Shown piece by piece: positions 13,158 through 27,245 of a DNA stretch of 64,000 bases. This stretch comes from Octopus sinensis (lineage: Eukaryota): assembly GCF_006345805.1 (NCBI RefSeq), contig NC_043001.1, positions 29,326,001 through 29,390,000 on the forward strand, given 5' to 3'. The notes beneath the pieces were generated by a model. The model did no database searches, was not told the DNA's origin, and was given only the letters and a program-made list of their open reading frames with translations. Both the position numbers and the translations under genes were made by a program. How positions within the stretch are numbered: the stretch's first letter is position 1; the number at the start of each line of letters is the position of its first letter.

Positions 13158-16100
13158 TTCTCTTGCCAAAATAGTTACTCTGTCTGCTGGTGTGTATGTG
13201 TGTGTGTATGCTGTGTATTTGTGCATGTGTGTGTGAGAAAGAGTGAGTGAAAGTGGAATTGCACTCTTTACTATTGTCAAAAGTAATATTAAAATTTAAT
13301 AATATAAGATACCAGTTAGATAGTAACAATAACTATAATGGTACTCTTCTGACTCTCCACCTTAATGAAAAACCTAACATATTGGCTCCTTTACAAAGAA
13401 CTGAAATATTTCTTTATAGTTTCATTCATACAAATAAAAAATATTTAAATAAATCTTATCTATTACGACCTGTACTTTATTTAGTTTTGTCCCTAATGTT
13501 TTAATAATACTTATTTAGAGATACCCAAATATTTATGTTTTTAGTTCACAGATATCCAAATCTATAGATAACTTTATTTCTGGTGTCCTCATAGTCATTC
13601 TATGAATTGGCTTTAAAATGTTTTTCTCCTATGTTATTTATTTTATTCAGTTTGAATTGTGCAAAAAATATGTAAAAGTAACTCCTTAGTTTTAAATAGT
13701 TCTTACAAACTTCAAGAATAGAAACTGGGTTTTTAATTTTTTTTTGTTAAATTATATATGTAGTAATAAAATATATAAACTCCTTTATTGAAGTTTAACC
13801 AGATATTAATTAGTAAAAATAAAATTAATTTTATTAACCTATAAATTATAAGTAAATAAGTAAAAATTAGAATATTTCTTTTTCAAGATTGATTTCTGTA
13901 TCATTACTGTTTATGCAAATTCCTCATGTTATGATTACAGTTTTTGTTGATTATTTTTGTGTTCCTTCCTTCACTTAAACATTGTGATCTTTTATCAGAA
14001 TTTTTGTTGCTTTGAATTTGATAGCTGTATTTCTATTATAATTTATGATTTAATTTCCAAGAATTGATCTTGTATTGACACGTTTCTAATAGTTTGTGAC
14101 TCTGTCGGATTTATTAGCAAAGATCATTCTTGTGCCTTACAGTTAATTGCTGATTTTAATTCATTATGGCGATTATGAATGAACTCAGTTGCAAATCCAT
14201 CATGACATTCTTACACACTTGCACGTGAAGAACATCTGTATTTTTGAATTGAGAAATTGTTAGTTTTTAAAGTAGGTTATTGTTATGATGTTGATTAATT
14301 CAAAATAAACTTAAGTTTATAATAATATAGCTTTAATTTTCCTCAGTAGTAACTGTAGTGAGTGTTAGAAAAATCATTGTTCTAATCATTTATCTTCTGT
14401 ATATTAAGTTATCCTCTGCTACCACCAAAGGACAAAATTGCTTTCTGAACAGAAAAAGGCAGATTGTTTATAAACAATATTCTTTTGCTTGTATTGAAGC
14501 TGTTCCAAGCAATGCTTTTGTCATATCTGCTCTGGGCATTGTATTGGGCTGTTAATTAGAAATGAGACATTTGAGCACAAATTTATCCACTCATTTGTTA
14601 TCATTTACTCAAAAATCTAACTGGGTGAACTGTTCAAAAAATTTGATGGCATGATGACTCTGTTTCTTCTAATAATCTGCTGAAGAAACACGGTCGTTTT
14701 TGTCACTGTTACATAAATACAAGCAAAAGAATTGTGTATCAATATTGCTACTATTATGATCACCACAGAACAAAAGAGTAGCTGAAACCAAAGGAAATAG
14801 ATAACCTTTAAAATGGTAATGCTTTTTATGGTAATCAAGAAGTTTACTTATATAGAATGGGCATAAACTTCAGAATGGATGAGAGATGTGTGTTGGAAGA
14901 GAGCCACTGGTGACTATTTTGTCCAATATTTGCTGTTTGTGGTAGGCTCATTTCTGTTTTGTTATTGTCATATGATTATGCATTTATAAATGTCATGGGA
15001 TGTTAATGTAACTAAGAGTTTCATATGAACTTTTCTTCAGTTTTGTTATGACTTGATTTTATTTATTTTGATAATTGTTTTGAACAACTAAGCAAAACTG
15101 ATTTTTTCAGAAATGATTAGCCTGCAGGGATAGGATATTAAATAAAACTTAAATTGTTCGTAATATGTCGGCAACTTCAATGTAAGTCTTAAACAGATTG
15201 CATCATAAATGTCTGGCTTGTAGGGATAGGATAAAATTAAAACTGTTGAACTATCAAAATAAAACTAATAACAACTAATATAAAATAAACTTTTATTTTG
15301 TGTTGGAGCGAAATTGTATTGATACAGATATCTATTTTACTTTGTTGCTTATTATTGTTTTCTTTCTACATTGCGGACTTATGTAAGATACTTTTAAGTT
15401 TTTGACATTTTGAAAAGTCTTTGTAGCATACCATATATATATATATATGTATATATATATATGTATATGAGAAAAACTGCCTTATTTTTTAATAGCACCT
15501 GCATATCTGTGCTTAAACCTTTCAATAAATCCTGTTCTTTTACAACAAAAAAAATTATGTTGTCATTTGCTTTCCTCAAGTGTATGAATATTTTCATTTT
15601 ACTATTGTTACATGTATTTTACGACAGTGACTTCTGTTTTCAATTTGGCCTGCACGAATATTCTAGTGTCTGTCTTGATCTTTTTTTTTTTTTTTTTTTT
15701 TTTTTCAAGAAGTTACTGGGAATGAAAATAATTGTATAAAAGGGTAAAAATTTAAGAATACCATAAAAATGTTGTTGATATTTTTCTAGTATGGGTCTAG
15801 GGGTTGTCAAAGAAGCTGGTGAAATAAATAGTATGCTCATTGGGGGGGGAAAGTCTTTTAGAAACATACCAGAGTGACAGCATTAAATATTATTAGAACT
15901 ATATGAAGTAATTTTAAGTACACAGTTTTTAGTTTTAATCAAAAGTATTTTAGTGGTGGGGTCAACTGTACCAGAAAAGTTTATGAAATATTGTTGCAGT
16001 TGTGTTTAAAAGTAGAAATAAAACTGCTTTAAATTGTTGGATGGGAATTTTCTAAATGTGTAATGTGGAGTATCTTAAAAAATAAAATTCATGTTATTTT

Positions 16101-17414
16101 AATGTAAAATTAAAGATATTTGAAATTTAGTTTATTAAAATAATTATAAAGCCAAAATAATAGTTTCAAGGGAGAGAAATCATTGAGTATTGGATTCACC
16201 TGAAATTTGGGAAACAACTTTATCAAAATTTTACCTCATGCTTTTTATATTGGCTTCAGCACAGTATGTTCATGGTAAATTGGGATGTGACTAGTTAATT
16301 GATTTGATATTATAGTTGATTATTCTTAGACGTACAAAATGGTAAAAAATTAAAACAGTAAAATTTGAACCGAAATTTTTGAGTCATTTACAGCAGACAC
16401 TTCAAAACTCAGTTATCTACTTTCATACCCAGAATCTTCTATAATTACTTAAAATTAATACAGGTACTCTATGGCCAAAGAAAATTTAAAATTTCAATAA
16501 CTTAAGTTCTTTAATTATGGTACTTATTTCTTTAGTAACATTTTTACTGATCTCGTCTAACTTCATTTCTTTTGATAATATATAGAAGTAGGTAAAATAA
16601 AGAATAAAATTTGTTGATGGGCCAAAACTTACTCTAAATATGTGGTTTGGTGTGGCATTGGGGTAGCAAAATAGTTTTGTTTTGCCCTTTTGGTGGAATA
16701 TTATTTACTTGGAATGTAGTTTGTTATGACAGTAAAACAGCAATAATATTTGGAATATTTTGTGTTTAGTTATTATTATGATCTTGTTTTTGTGTAGTAT
16801 TATATAAATTTGCTCTCTTATTCTGTTTCACCTAGTAGTTTGAATATCAAAGCTAAATGAAATAAGTATGACTTATCTATAGCATTGATGTTTTGCTTTT
16901 AACACTGCAAATGATATAAAAATGTATTTTCTAGTGAAATTAGTTAACATAACGGTTAAAGACATTTCTTTCTGTTTTACAAATGATGACTATCAAATAG
17001 ATATTGACAATCACAAGGAATAATGTTGAATTACATTGAAAAAAAAAATTATTCAGTATCACAAAAATAAAATTAGGATGTGCACTTTTAAATTATTATT
17101 AAGGATTTGCTTAGTAAAATTATTTTTTATTTGTGAACTTTTAAGTACAGTGTTTTTTTTTTTTTTTAAGAAAGATAAATATATTTAGGTTTGAATAATT
17201 TTTAGAATGTCTATATATTAGGTTATATTAAGTTTGTTTTCTTTTGAATGGAACCCATAAAAGCAATCATTCTTGCAAATCCTGAACAATAAATTGTTTC
17301 ATATTTGGTATATGCCTTTGTTGTTAAATTGTTTTCTAACATTATAGATACATGAATGAGAAATGTTCTATAAACATGTACAACTCCAATCATACAAGAT
17401 TCAGCTAGAATATA

Positions 17415-18687
17415 TTGGGTTGGCAAGAAAGTAATTTTGGTTTTTCAGTGTGAAATAAGTCACTTTTTTTTTCATACAAAGAATGAACTTTAATCAATTA
17501 TATATTTTCCATTTTATCTGATGACCTTTTGCCATCTTTCTGGCAATTTCATGATTCTGTGCTCATAGAACTTATGGGTCCTTCTCAGCCAAAAACTGAA
17601 GCAAGTGTGATTTCAGGTCATCATCATTATTGAACATTTTACCATTCAAAGAGTTTTGCAAACTTTGAAATAAATGGTAATCTGATGGTGCAAGTTCAGG
17701 GCTATACGGTGGATGTGACATTACATCCCAACCAAGCTCCAATAATTTTTCACAAGCTAGCAAAAATGTGTGTGTTGTAACGTTGTCATGATGGAACACA
17801 ATTCCTTTATGATTTGCCAATTCTGACCATTTTTCTTTGCTTCCTCCAGTTTCATTAGTTGTTGACAGTAAACATCTGAATTGATTGTTTGTTTCCTTGG
17901 AAGCAGCTTAAAATACACAGCACCTTTGTAATCCCACCAAATTGACAGCATGACCATTTTTTGATATTATTCAGCTTTCGATGTGGTTTGTGATGGTTCA
18001 ATACGCTTGGACCATGGTCATTTTTGATTGATGTTATAGACAATCCATTTCTCATCACCAGTGATGATTTGTTTCTAAAAAAGGTTGATTTCATTGTGTT
18101 TGAGATGCATATCGCAAATATTGATTTGTTGTGTTAAGTGAATCTCTTTCAATTTATGTGGAAGCCAAATATCAACCTTCTTAAGTCCAAGACATTTTAA
18201 ATGATTTTCTATTGTTTGTAATACATTAACCTCTCTGCAATCTCTCGCACAGTTATATGACAATCAGATTCAATATGGCTTTGATTTGGTCATCATCAAC
18301 TTCCGTAGATCAACCAGAACGTTGGTCATCTTTGAGTGAAAAATCTCCAGAACAGAATTTTAAAAACCATTTCTGACATATGCATTTTGTTAAGCAATCA
18401 ACACCATAAACTTCACATATCTCTTTGTAAGCCTCAGCAGCTTTCTTGCCTTTATGGAAATAAAAATGCAAAATATGGCAAAAATGTTCGTTTTTGCACA
18501 CCATGTTAAAATGGACACTGAACTAACAGCTGTAAACAAAATTATGCAATTTGCTTCTAAAGTAAGCTAAAAGTAACTGCTATCAAATATTAAAAGGAAA
18601 AAATCATAACATTGACAAAAGTCATTTAAAAAGATCATAACTCTATCTATTTGCAAAAAAAAAAAAATTACTTACTTGCCAACCCAA
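17415..18687 (-). mobile_element. Full-length (1273 bp) decayed mariner, D,D34D, mellifera/cecropia-like
   Basis: TIRs TTGGGTTGGCAAG(A/T)AAGTAATT at both ends, TA duplications at 17413-14 and 18688-89; fragments HFYFHKGK, IWLPHKLKE, ITGDEKW-like, HHDN, HPPYSPELAPSDYHLF; several stops and frameshifts. Confidence 0.93.
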
Positions 18688-20460
18688 TATTTAAGACTAT
18701 TGCAATAGTTTTTTTTTTATTGCTAATTTAGCACTTTACAGAATTAGTGTTTTCTTTTTATGCTATATTAAATTATCTGCTTGTAAAAATTTCATAAAAT
18801 GAATAAAAGTTGATAACTAATGTTCTATATTTAAGGTAAGCACCTGTATGCTGAGGATGCCTCTATACTCTCTCCTGATGTCTCATCAAGCAAAGAAGCA
18901 GCACCTGTAGGTGTTTTGGCCTTTTTAGCATTGTTACACCTTTCATCAATGGATTGATAATTTTTAATTTCTGACTTCTGATTTGGCATTATTTCAACTT
19001 CAGAATGTTTTAGATTGTTATTGAATTATGGTAGAACAGGCATAGATTAATGCCCACTGCTCCTAGATATTCTCTGTGAATAGCCAAAGAAGGAACTCAT
19101 CCTCCTAGAAATAGCAGCCAAATTGATCTCAAAATTAGTTTACTGTCTCAAAAAAAGAAAAAGAAAAATAGCAGTAAAAGAAATAGATAATGTAGTCTTT
19201 GTTAGATAAAAAAATGGGATGATCATAGTTAGAATATCTTTGATCATGGGTCTGCTTGATTAGAGTGGACTTGGGCCTAAATGACAACATTTGTGATGAG
19301 AAATTTAGAAATCAATTTACAAAAGAAATCAGAAATACAAATGTTGCACACACATGAAGAAAACAAAGCTACACCAGCCAATGAGGAGTCCTCAATATGT
19401 TTGTGCAATCAAACTACTGTTTTAAAAAGGGTACATGTTATTAGACAATATAACCTTAGATATACAAAAATGTAGTAAATAAACCAACCTTTGAATGTTG
19501 GGCCTCATGGAGGTGAAGTGGCTGAGTTCCTTTCAAGCATTGAGCCTGATGGAGGCAAAGTGGTTGAGTTCCTTTCGAGTGTTGGGCCTCATGGAGGCAA
19601 GCTGGCTGAGTTCCTTTTGAGCATTGGGCCCCATGGAGGTAAAGTGGCCAAGTTCCTTTAAGTGTTGGGCCTCACAGAGGCAATGACCAAGGCCTTTGGC
19701 ATTATGTTGTGCTTGAGAAGAAGACCCATCAAGCTGAGCAAAATCACAGTTGTGACAGATACTGGTGTCACACAAATGGCATGTAAAAGCACCCATTACA
19801 CCTGGAGTGTTTGGCATTAGGAAGGGCATCCAGCTGTAGAAAGCCATGTCAAATGAGACTGGAGCCTGGTACAGCCTTCCAGCGTGCCAGCCTAGTCAAA
19901 CTGTCCAAGCCATGCTAACATGGATTACAGATGTTAAATGAGGATGATGGTAGTGTTCAAGTTGGAATATTTTCGGTTGCAGGTTTGATTTGGTCTAATC
20001 ATTAATTGCTTCTAATTGAGCACGAGATCTGAATTTTGATGGGAGTGTGTTAGTTGATATCATCAATCCCAGGAATTGACTAGTTTATCATTTTATTGAC
20101 TCTGAAGCAATCAAAAAGTTAACCAAGGTGAGATTTGAACTATGAATGTAGGGCCCAAAGAAATACTGTGAGACACTTCTTCCAGCTCTAGCAATTCTAC
20201 AAATCCACTGCTGAAATGAAGAGGCGACATCTTAGGATCCTTACCTCTCTTTGATGAATGGCTCTGCTCAAAATGTTAGTCTTTTGTCATCCTTTTCCAA
20301 TTTAGAAACTTCATGTACATATTTCCCAACACCCAACTGTCATTCACTTTTTCAGAGTCTACTATTTTAGTTTAATAAATTCATGTTATACTCTGTAAAG
20401 TGGTTGGCATTAGGAAGGGCATCTTGTAGAAACCAAGCTAAAACAGCATATGGAACCTGA

Positions 20461-20865
20461 TACTCTTTTACTCTTTTACTTGTTTCAGTCAGTTGACTGT
20501 GGCCATGCTGGAGCACCGCCTTTAGTCGAGCAACTCGACCCCGGGACTTATTCTTTGTAAGCCCAGTACTTATTTTATCGAACCGCTAAGTGACAGGGAC
20601 GTAAACACACCAGCATCGGTTGTCAAGCAATGCTAGGAGGACGAACACAGACACCCAAACATACACACACACACACACATATATATATACATACATATAT
20701 ACGACGGGCTTCTTTCAGTTTCCGTCTACCAAATCCACTCACAAGGCTTTGGTCGGCCCGAGGCTATAGTAGAAGACACTTGCCCAAGGTGCCACGCAGT
20801 GGGACTGAACCCGGAACCATGTGGTTGGTTAGCAAGCTACTTACCACACAGCCACTCCTGCGCCT
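20461..20865 (-). mobile_element. tRNA-derived SINE family 1, full length, nested in a family-2 element
   Basis: Head AGGCGCAGGAGTGGCTGTGTGGTAAG (A box), GGTTCAGTCCC (B box), CCTTGGGCAAGTGTCTT core-like block, internal (TA)(TG) tract, tail (GTAAAAGA)n. Confidence 0.85.
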
Positions 20866-22405
20866 GATGCTGCTTCTGGCTTTGTGTGCTCCTGTCAAAC
20901 CATCCAACTCATACCAGCACGGAAAACGAACATTAATGATGATAGTACTGCACCTTTAAACAGTAGGTTTCAAAATTTCCAATAACTTTTTGTGGCAACT
21001 CCACCTTATGTATAAAAACTAATATTAATTTTCAAAGCTCGGAGCTAAGAAATAGTTGCTGTTCTGGTCTGAAATAACTGTTAATTACCCATAAACCCTA
21101 ACATCTCATTCAAGTGTAACTTCATTCTGTTTCTTGTATCACTACTTCATTATCCTTTATTCCTCTGAATTTACTGAGGTTACTATCCTCTCCTAAAATC
21201 ACTTGTACAATCACCCTTTCCCTGTTTCTCTTCTCACGCTGTACTAAATACTTAGCAAAGCAATGCTTTCCTGGAATCTCACCTTATCCATATTTTCATC
21301 ATCATCGTTTAACGTCCGTTCTCCATGCTAGCATGGGTTGGACGGTTCAACCGGGAATCTGGGAAGCCAGAAGGCTGCACCAGGCTCCAGTCTGATCTGG
21401 CAGTGTTTCTACAGCTTGATGCCCTTCCTAACGCCAACCACTCCAAGAGTGTAGTGGGTGCTTTTTTCTAACAAATAATTCTAAGCATTAACAAGATTTA
21501 TCTTTTTGTAGCCAACTTGCTATGACCATTGTTCTTCTTTTTAACTTTGAAAATAATTTTTTTAAATTACCAAGGAAATTCATATCTAACAAATATATCA
21601 GCACTCCCCCATAGAAATAAAGGAAAATACTTGTCATTTTCCTGACAATCTCTGGCTGATTCATTTTATATTATGACATTCACTTATCATTTCTTAGCTG
21701 TTGCTCTCATTCTCTAGTTTTAAAAATTTTATTTCATCATCATCATCATCATCATTGTTTAGCATCTGCTTTCCATGCTAGCATGGGTTGGACGGTTCAA
21801 CTGGGGTCTGAGAAGCCAGAAGGCTGCATGAGGCCCAGTCTGATCTGGCAGTGTTTCTACGGTTGGATGCCCTTCCTAATGCCAACCACTCCATGAGTGT
21901 AGTGGGTGCTTTTTACGTGCCAGACAAGGCTGGCAAACAGCCATGACCGGATGTTGCTTTTTATGTGCCACCGGCACGAGGCCAGTTGGGGCGGCACTGG
22001 CAACGGCCACGTTCGGATGGTTCTCTTACATACCACCGGCACTGATATCACAGCTGCAATTTCCATTAATGTTGATCGATTTCAATTTTGATTTTGATTT
22101 TGGATTTTCGCTTGCCTTAACAGGTCTTCACAAGTAGAGTTTTGTGTCCCTTAATTAATTGGGTTAAATAGGCAAGCTTCCAGCAGAGAGATATGGTGAT
22201 AGAGTGCTGCCACTTGCAGCGCTTTACACAAATTATCAACATGTACAGGTTAAAAAGTTATCCAGTGGATGTCAACCACCAGGTATCCTAAGGCTTGAAC
22301 ATGTGGATAATACCTCTTGACGTTGCCTTACCAGTTGGTGCGTTAAATACCCACAAGCATACGATTATGAGGAGTCGGGAATGCAATCCAGCTAAATTGC
22401 TTATA

Positions 22406-23645
22406 CAAGGTGGTACCCAAAAGAACCTGGAATTTTGCAATATTACTTTATTCACTTGTTTACATTTTTATTGCCTTCAAAGTATTCTCCATTTGAAGCA
22501 ATGCATTGGTCCAATCATGTTTTCTACTGCTCAAAGCAATGCTGGAATGCCTCCGTCGTTTTTTTCTTCACCTCTTCCACATCTGCAAATTTTGTAGCAC
22601 CAGCTTTTGTCACTAGTGATGACCTTTGAAGAAAGGTCCAGGATCAACTTCCAACTGTTCTTTCAGTTCACAACACGCTTTCAGTCGCGACTGTTTTTAG
22701 TCATTCATGAGCAAGTGAGGCATAAATTTTGCTGCAACTCTTTCCATTCGCAATTCCTTGCTCAAAATTTGTTGGCAGGAGCTCCAGGACACACCGGTTA
22801 TATCAACAAGTTCATAAATTGTTTGGTTAAGGTCCTTCAAGAGTACTTCATGAATTTTCATGATGTTTTCAATCATTCAGGAGGTCAATGGAGTTGGTCT
22901 TCAAGTGACTAGTAACCATTCCTATATCATGGAAACCAATAGGTGTAGGAGTGGCTGTGTGGTAAGTAGCTTGCTTACGAACCACATGGTTCCAGGTTCA
23001 GTCCCACTGCATGGCATCTTGGGCAAGTGTCTTCTACTATAGCCTCGGGCCAACCAAAGCCTTGTGAGTGGATTTGGTAGACGGAAATTGAAAGAAGCCC
23101 GTCGTATATATGTATGTATATATATGTATGTATGTCTGTGTTTGTCTCCCCAACATTGCTTGACAACCAATGCTGGTGTGCTTACGTCCCTGTAACTTAG
23201 CGGTTCGGCAAAAAAGACCGATAGAATAAGTACTAGGCTTACAAAGAATAAGTCATGGGGTCGATTTGCTTGACTAAAGGCGGTGCTCCAGCATGGCCAC
23301 AGTCACATGACTGAAACAAGTAAAAGAGTAATCGTAAACTTGTGTTTTGGTCATGGCAGTATCTTTGTAAGCATTACAACTGTTTCAGCCACCGTTTTCC
23401 CCACCAGAAAACAGAATTTCACAGAAGCAAGCTGTTTCTCTGTTTCAGCCATTGCAAAAATCGACAGACGGGAGAAGCACTGCAAAACGAAAACACACCA
23501 TGTGGAAGTATGACTCCACCTGACATCGGCAGTTGGCAGGCTGATACCTGAGGGTCACATCAAGTGGCTTCTAGTGACAGAAATCTGAACCACAATGAGT
23601 TTGTCCCACAAAGAACATTTCCTGTTACTTTTGGGTACCCCCTCA
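22406..23645 (-). mobile_element. Internally deleted mariner-family element interrupted by a SINE
   Basis: 18-bp TIRs (15/18 match) 22406-22423 and 23628-23645, each flanked by TA; N-terminal MAETEKQLASVKFCFLVGKT, VAAKFMPHLL, KVITSDKSW fused to C-terminal KFADVEEVKKKT..FQHCFEQ..NGEYFEG. Confidence 0.88.
22941..23330 (+). mobile_element. SINE family 1, full length, inside mariner 22406-23645
   Basis: Same consensus as 20461-20865. Confidence 0.85.
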
Positions 23646-24260
23646 TATACAAGCTTCTTTCATTCCTTAGATCAGACTAATTCATTGCAGTGTGTTCTTA
23701 TTGCAGCTCTGATGTATCCCAGTTCAGTTTCAATTTCACACTTGCCCTACTATACACGACAATGCAGTTGTTGCCCTAATTAACCACTGCACATTCTCAA
23801 AATTTGTTTAACACTTATAAAGCAATGAGCTAAACCTGTATTATTTAATTCCCAAATATTCTACAAAGAATAAAACAAAAAACTGCAATAAGTCGGAGCC
23901 AGATTAAGACTCATAGAGGCTCTAAACATTCAGAAGATGTTGGTGCCTCCATATAGATGTCATTCAAAATATAAACAATATTAAACTATAAAATAAGTTT
24001 CTATTTTTCAAAATGAAACAAAAGTAACGGTTAGATGGAAAATAATGTTTATTTTTGACTACTTCCACTTTATTTTCTCTTATGTTTTTTTTAATTGCAA
24101 AGTCTATGATCAGATGCTTTGAAATTATATTTCCAATCATATAAACCACTTTGAATATTTTTTTTGTACCATGAATCATTTACCATTTCTCTGGTGCCCC
24201 AATTCGCTTGATGCCCTAAGCACATGACTATTTTGCTTCATGGTTAATCCAGTGCTACTA

Positions 24261-24648
24261 TACTCTTTTACTTGTTTCAGTCATTTGACTGTGGCCATGC
24301 TGGAGCACCGCCTTTAGTCGAGCAAATCAATCCCAGGACTTATTCTTTGGAAGCCTAGTACTTATTCTATCGGTCTCTTTTGCCGAACTGCTAAGTTATG
24401 GGGACGTAAACACACCAGCATCGGTTGTCAAGCGATGTTAGGGGACAAACACAGACACCCAAACATATATATGTATACATATATAGGACGGGCTTCTTTC
24501 AGTTTCCATCAACCAAATCCACTCACAAGGCTTTGGTCGGCCCGAGGCTATAGTAGAAGACAGATGCCCAAGGTGCCACGCAGTGGGACTGAACCTGAAA
24601 CCATGTGGTTGGTAAGCAAGCTACTTACCACACAGCCACCCCTACGCT
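24261..24648 (-). mobile_element. SINE family 1, full length
   Basis: Same consensus. Confidence 0.85.
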
Positions 24649-26279
24649 ACTATATATAGAAATATGTTTTATTTTTGTGTTGTTTTAATTTTCATTATGC
24701 TTGTATAATTGAAGACAACATATTATGTCTAGATCCTGAAGTCAAAACATTAGCACATACAATCATTACTGATTAAGCCAAGTGAAATTGTAGTTGTGGC
24801 TGTTGCCGATGTCATGTAAATGACACCCGTGAAGTCGTAGTCATGGCTGTAACCAGTGTCTTGTAATTGGCACCTATGAAAAAATACCCGATACTGGCTG
24901 TTGCCAGTATCAGGTAAATGGCGCCCATGCTGGTGGCACTTAAAATGCACCTCTACACTCTTGGATTGGTTGGCATTACGAAGGACATCCAGCTATAGAA
25001 ATCAGGCTGGAACCTGGTGCAGCTCTCTGGTTTACCAGTTCCAGTCAAACCATCTAACCCATGCCAGCATGGAAAACAGACGTTAAATGGTGATGATGAT
25101 GATGAACAGTTTCCTAATTTGAACTCAGAACATGAAGATGAATGAAATGCCACTAAATATTTTCTCTGGCATGCTAATAGTTCTGCCTGATCCTGTTCCC
25201 CACCTTGTTGCCACTGGTAATGGAGCTTGTGTGTGTTCAGGCCTGGTCAACTACTATCTTTAAATAGCTGACTTCCACCATTCTATGGTTAGGAATGTCA
25301 TGGAACTTGTGCATGTCCATACATTTTGATCAGCTGCAGTCCTGGCAGATTGACCACTAACAGTCTGTGAATGAATGTCTTCTCTTGACATTTTCGTTGT
25401 TTTCATGGTTCTGCTACTCCTGAGATTGTCGTGGTAGCTGCCAGTATTTCTGTGCCTCAGCAGGTCTTCGCGTGTCCACTTATGCATGCCTTTCCTTCCT
25501 TGGACACGTGAAGACCTGTTGAGGCAAAGGAAGTCGAAATTTAACCTCCGACGACGACTGGCACCCATGACAACCTCCCTTCATTGGACACTAAACTCTG
25601 CTTGTGAAACCTGTTGGGGCAAGTGAAATCGGAATCGAAATTGAACCAATCCTATGACTGGCACCCGGGTGTTGCCAGTGCCGCTAGACTGACTCCTGTG
25701 CAGGTGGCTAGTAAAGAAACATTGTTTCGACCCTGTGCTTGAGCCGTGCCGGTGGTACGTAAAAAGCACCATCCGAACTTGGCCAATGCCAGCGCTGTCT
25801 TGACTGGCTTCCATGCCGGTGGCACTTAAAAAGCACCAATCCGATTGTAGCAGTTGCCAGCCTCGCCTGGCACCTGTGCCGGTGGCATGTAAAAAGCACC
25901 CACTACACTCACGGAGTGGTTGGTGTTAGGAAGGGCATCCAGCTATAGAAACACTGCTAGATCAGACTGGAGCCTGGTGCAGCCTTCTGACTTCCCAGAT
26001 CCCCGGTCGAACCGTCCAACCCATGCTAGCATGGAGAACGGACGTTAAACGATGATGATGATGATGATAACAATGCAAGACTGCTAATGCAAGACTGCAC
26101 AATGCAAGACTGCTACAACATAAGCAACAAACTTATTCGTCTTCCCATCTGTAATGTTGCAACTTGTGTAATACCATCAAAAATACCAGTGACTCATTTG
26201 GAATCACTAATCTGAACAAGTCTTGCAAGTATTTTATTCATTCTAAATTTATAAAATTGCAAAAATTTAAAACCAAACA

Positions 26280-27245
26280 GAAGAATAAATTTAAGATTAG
26301 AAGCCCTTGAGAACTATTATATGCTGATCTTGTTTTCATAGCAGAATCTATAACAAATAGAAAAGAAATTCCAGGTGTGTCAACAAGAGAAAAAGTAGTG
26401 TTTGTATATGGAAGATGGACAGGAGCCATAAAGTCTACAGACACATGGGAAATTGATTTTCTCAAATGTCCTGGAGGTTTTCTAGAAGTAGTAAATAATT
26501 TCTACTACTTAAGTGACCTAATTAGCAGTGGAGGAGGATGTACCAAAAGTGTAATTGTTAGAATAATTATTTCTTTACTACCCACAAGGGGCTAAACACA
26601 GAGAGGACAAACAAGGACAGACAAATGGTTTAAGTCGATTACATCGTCCCCAGTGCGTAACTGGTACTTAATTCATCGACCCCGAAAGGATGAAAGGCAA
26701 AGTCGACCTTGGCGGAATTTGAACTCAGAACGTGATGGCGGACGAAATATCGCTAAGCATTTTGCCCGGTGTGCTAATGGTTCTGCCAGCTCGCCGTAAT
26801 TGTTAGAATGATAGAATAGAGAAAGTTCAGAGAGTTTTTTCCTCTGTTGGCAACCAAGAGTCTCTCTCAGTGACAGGAAGATTGGATGATGCATGTGTAT
26901 GGACAACAATGCTACATGCAGACAACATGTGAATGAAGCTGGTATGCTTTGCTGGATGTGCAATGTCAGTGTACTTAAGTGACAGGACACCTGTGAATTG
27001 AGAGGGAAGTTAGGTATAAGCGGGGTAAGATGCAGTATGCAAAAGAGAAGATTATGCTAGTTTGTTCATGTGATGGATATGAATGTGTACAGCTATATAA
27101 AGAAGTGCTGATCTCTAAGTGGATGGAACTTGTGGAAGAGGGAAACACAAGAAGACATGGGACAAAATACGGAAGGCCAATCTCAAGACACAGCCTTATG
27201 AAGGAGATGATAAAGGACCAAGATGCATCTTCCACAGCAGAATTC
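26280..27245 (+). mobile_element. Decayed RTE-clade LINE ORF2 fragments, split by a SINE at ~26575-26797
   Basis: ELLYAD(D)LVFIAES RT motif near 26310, LEVVNNFYYLSDLISSGGGC near 26490, degenerate C-terminal RTE sequence to ~27240. Confidence 0.65.

Noticed and set aside
18831-19025. 64-codon stop-free minus-strand stretch (..SEVEIMPNQK..SAYRCLP*) as an alternative cadherin terminal exon, by analogy with PCDH15 CD1-3
   Set aside because: No convincing acceptor in a compatible phase and no recognisable motif; would need spliced-read support.
19500-19690. ~40-bp repeats resembling a CRISPR array (also 27530-27740)
   Set aside because: Head-to-tail degenerate repeats with no unique spacers, inside a eukaryotic retroposon, no cas genes.
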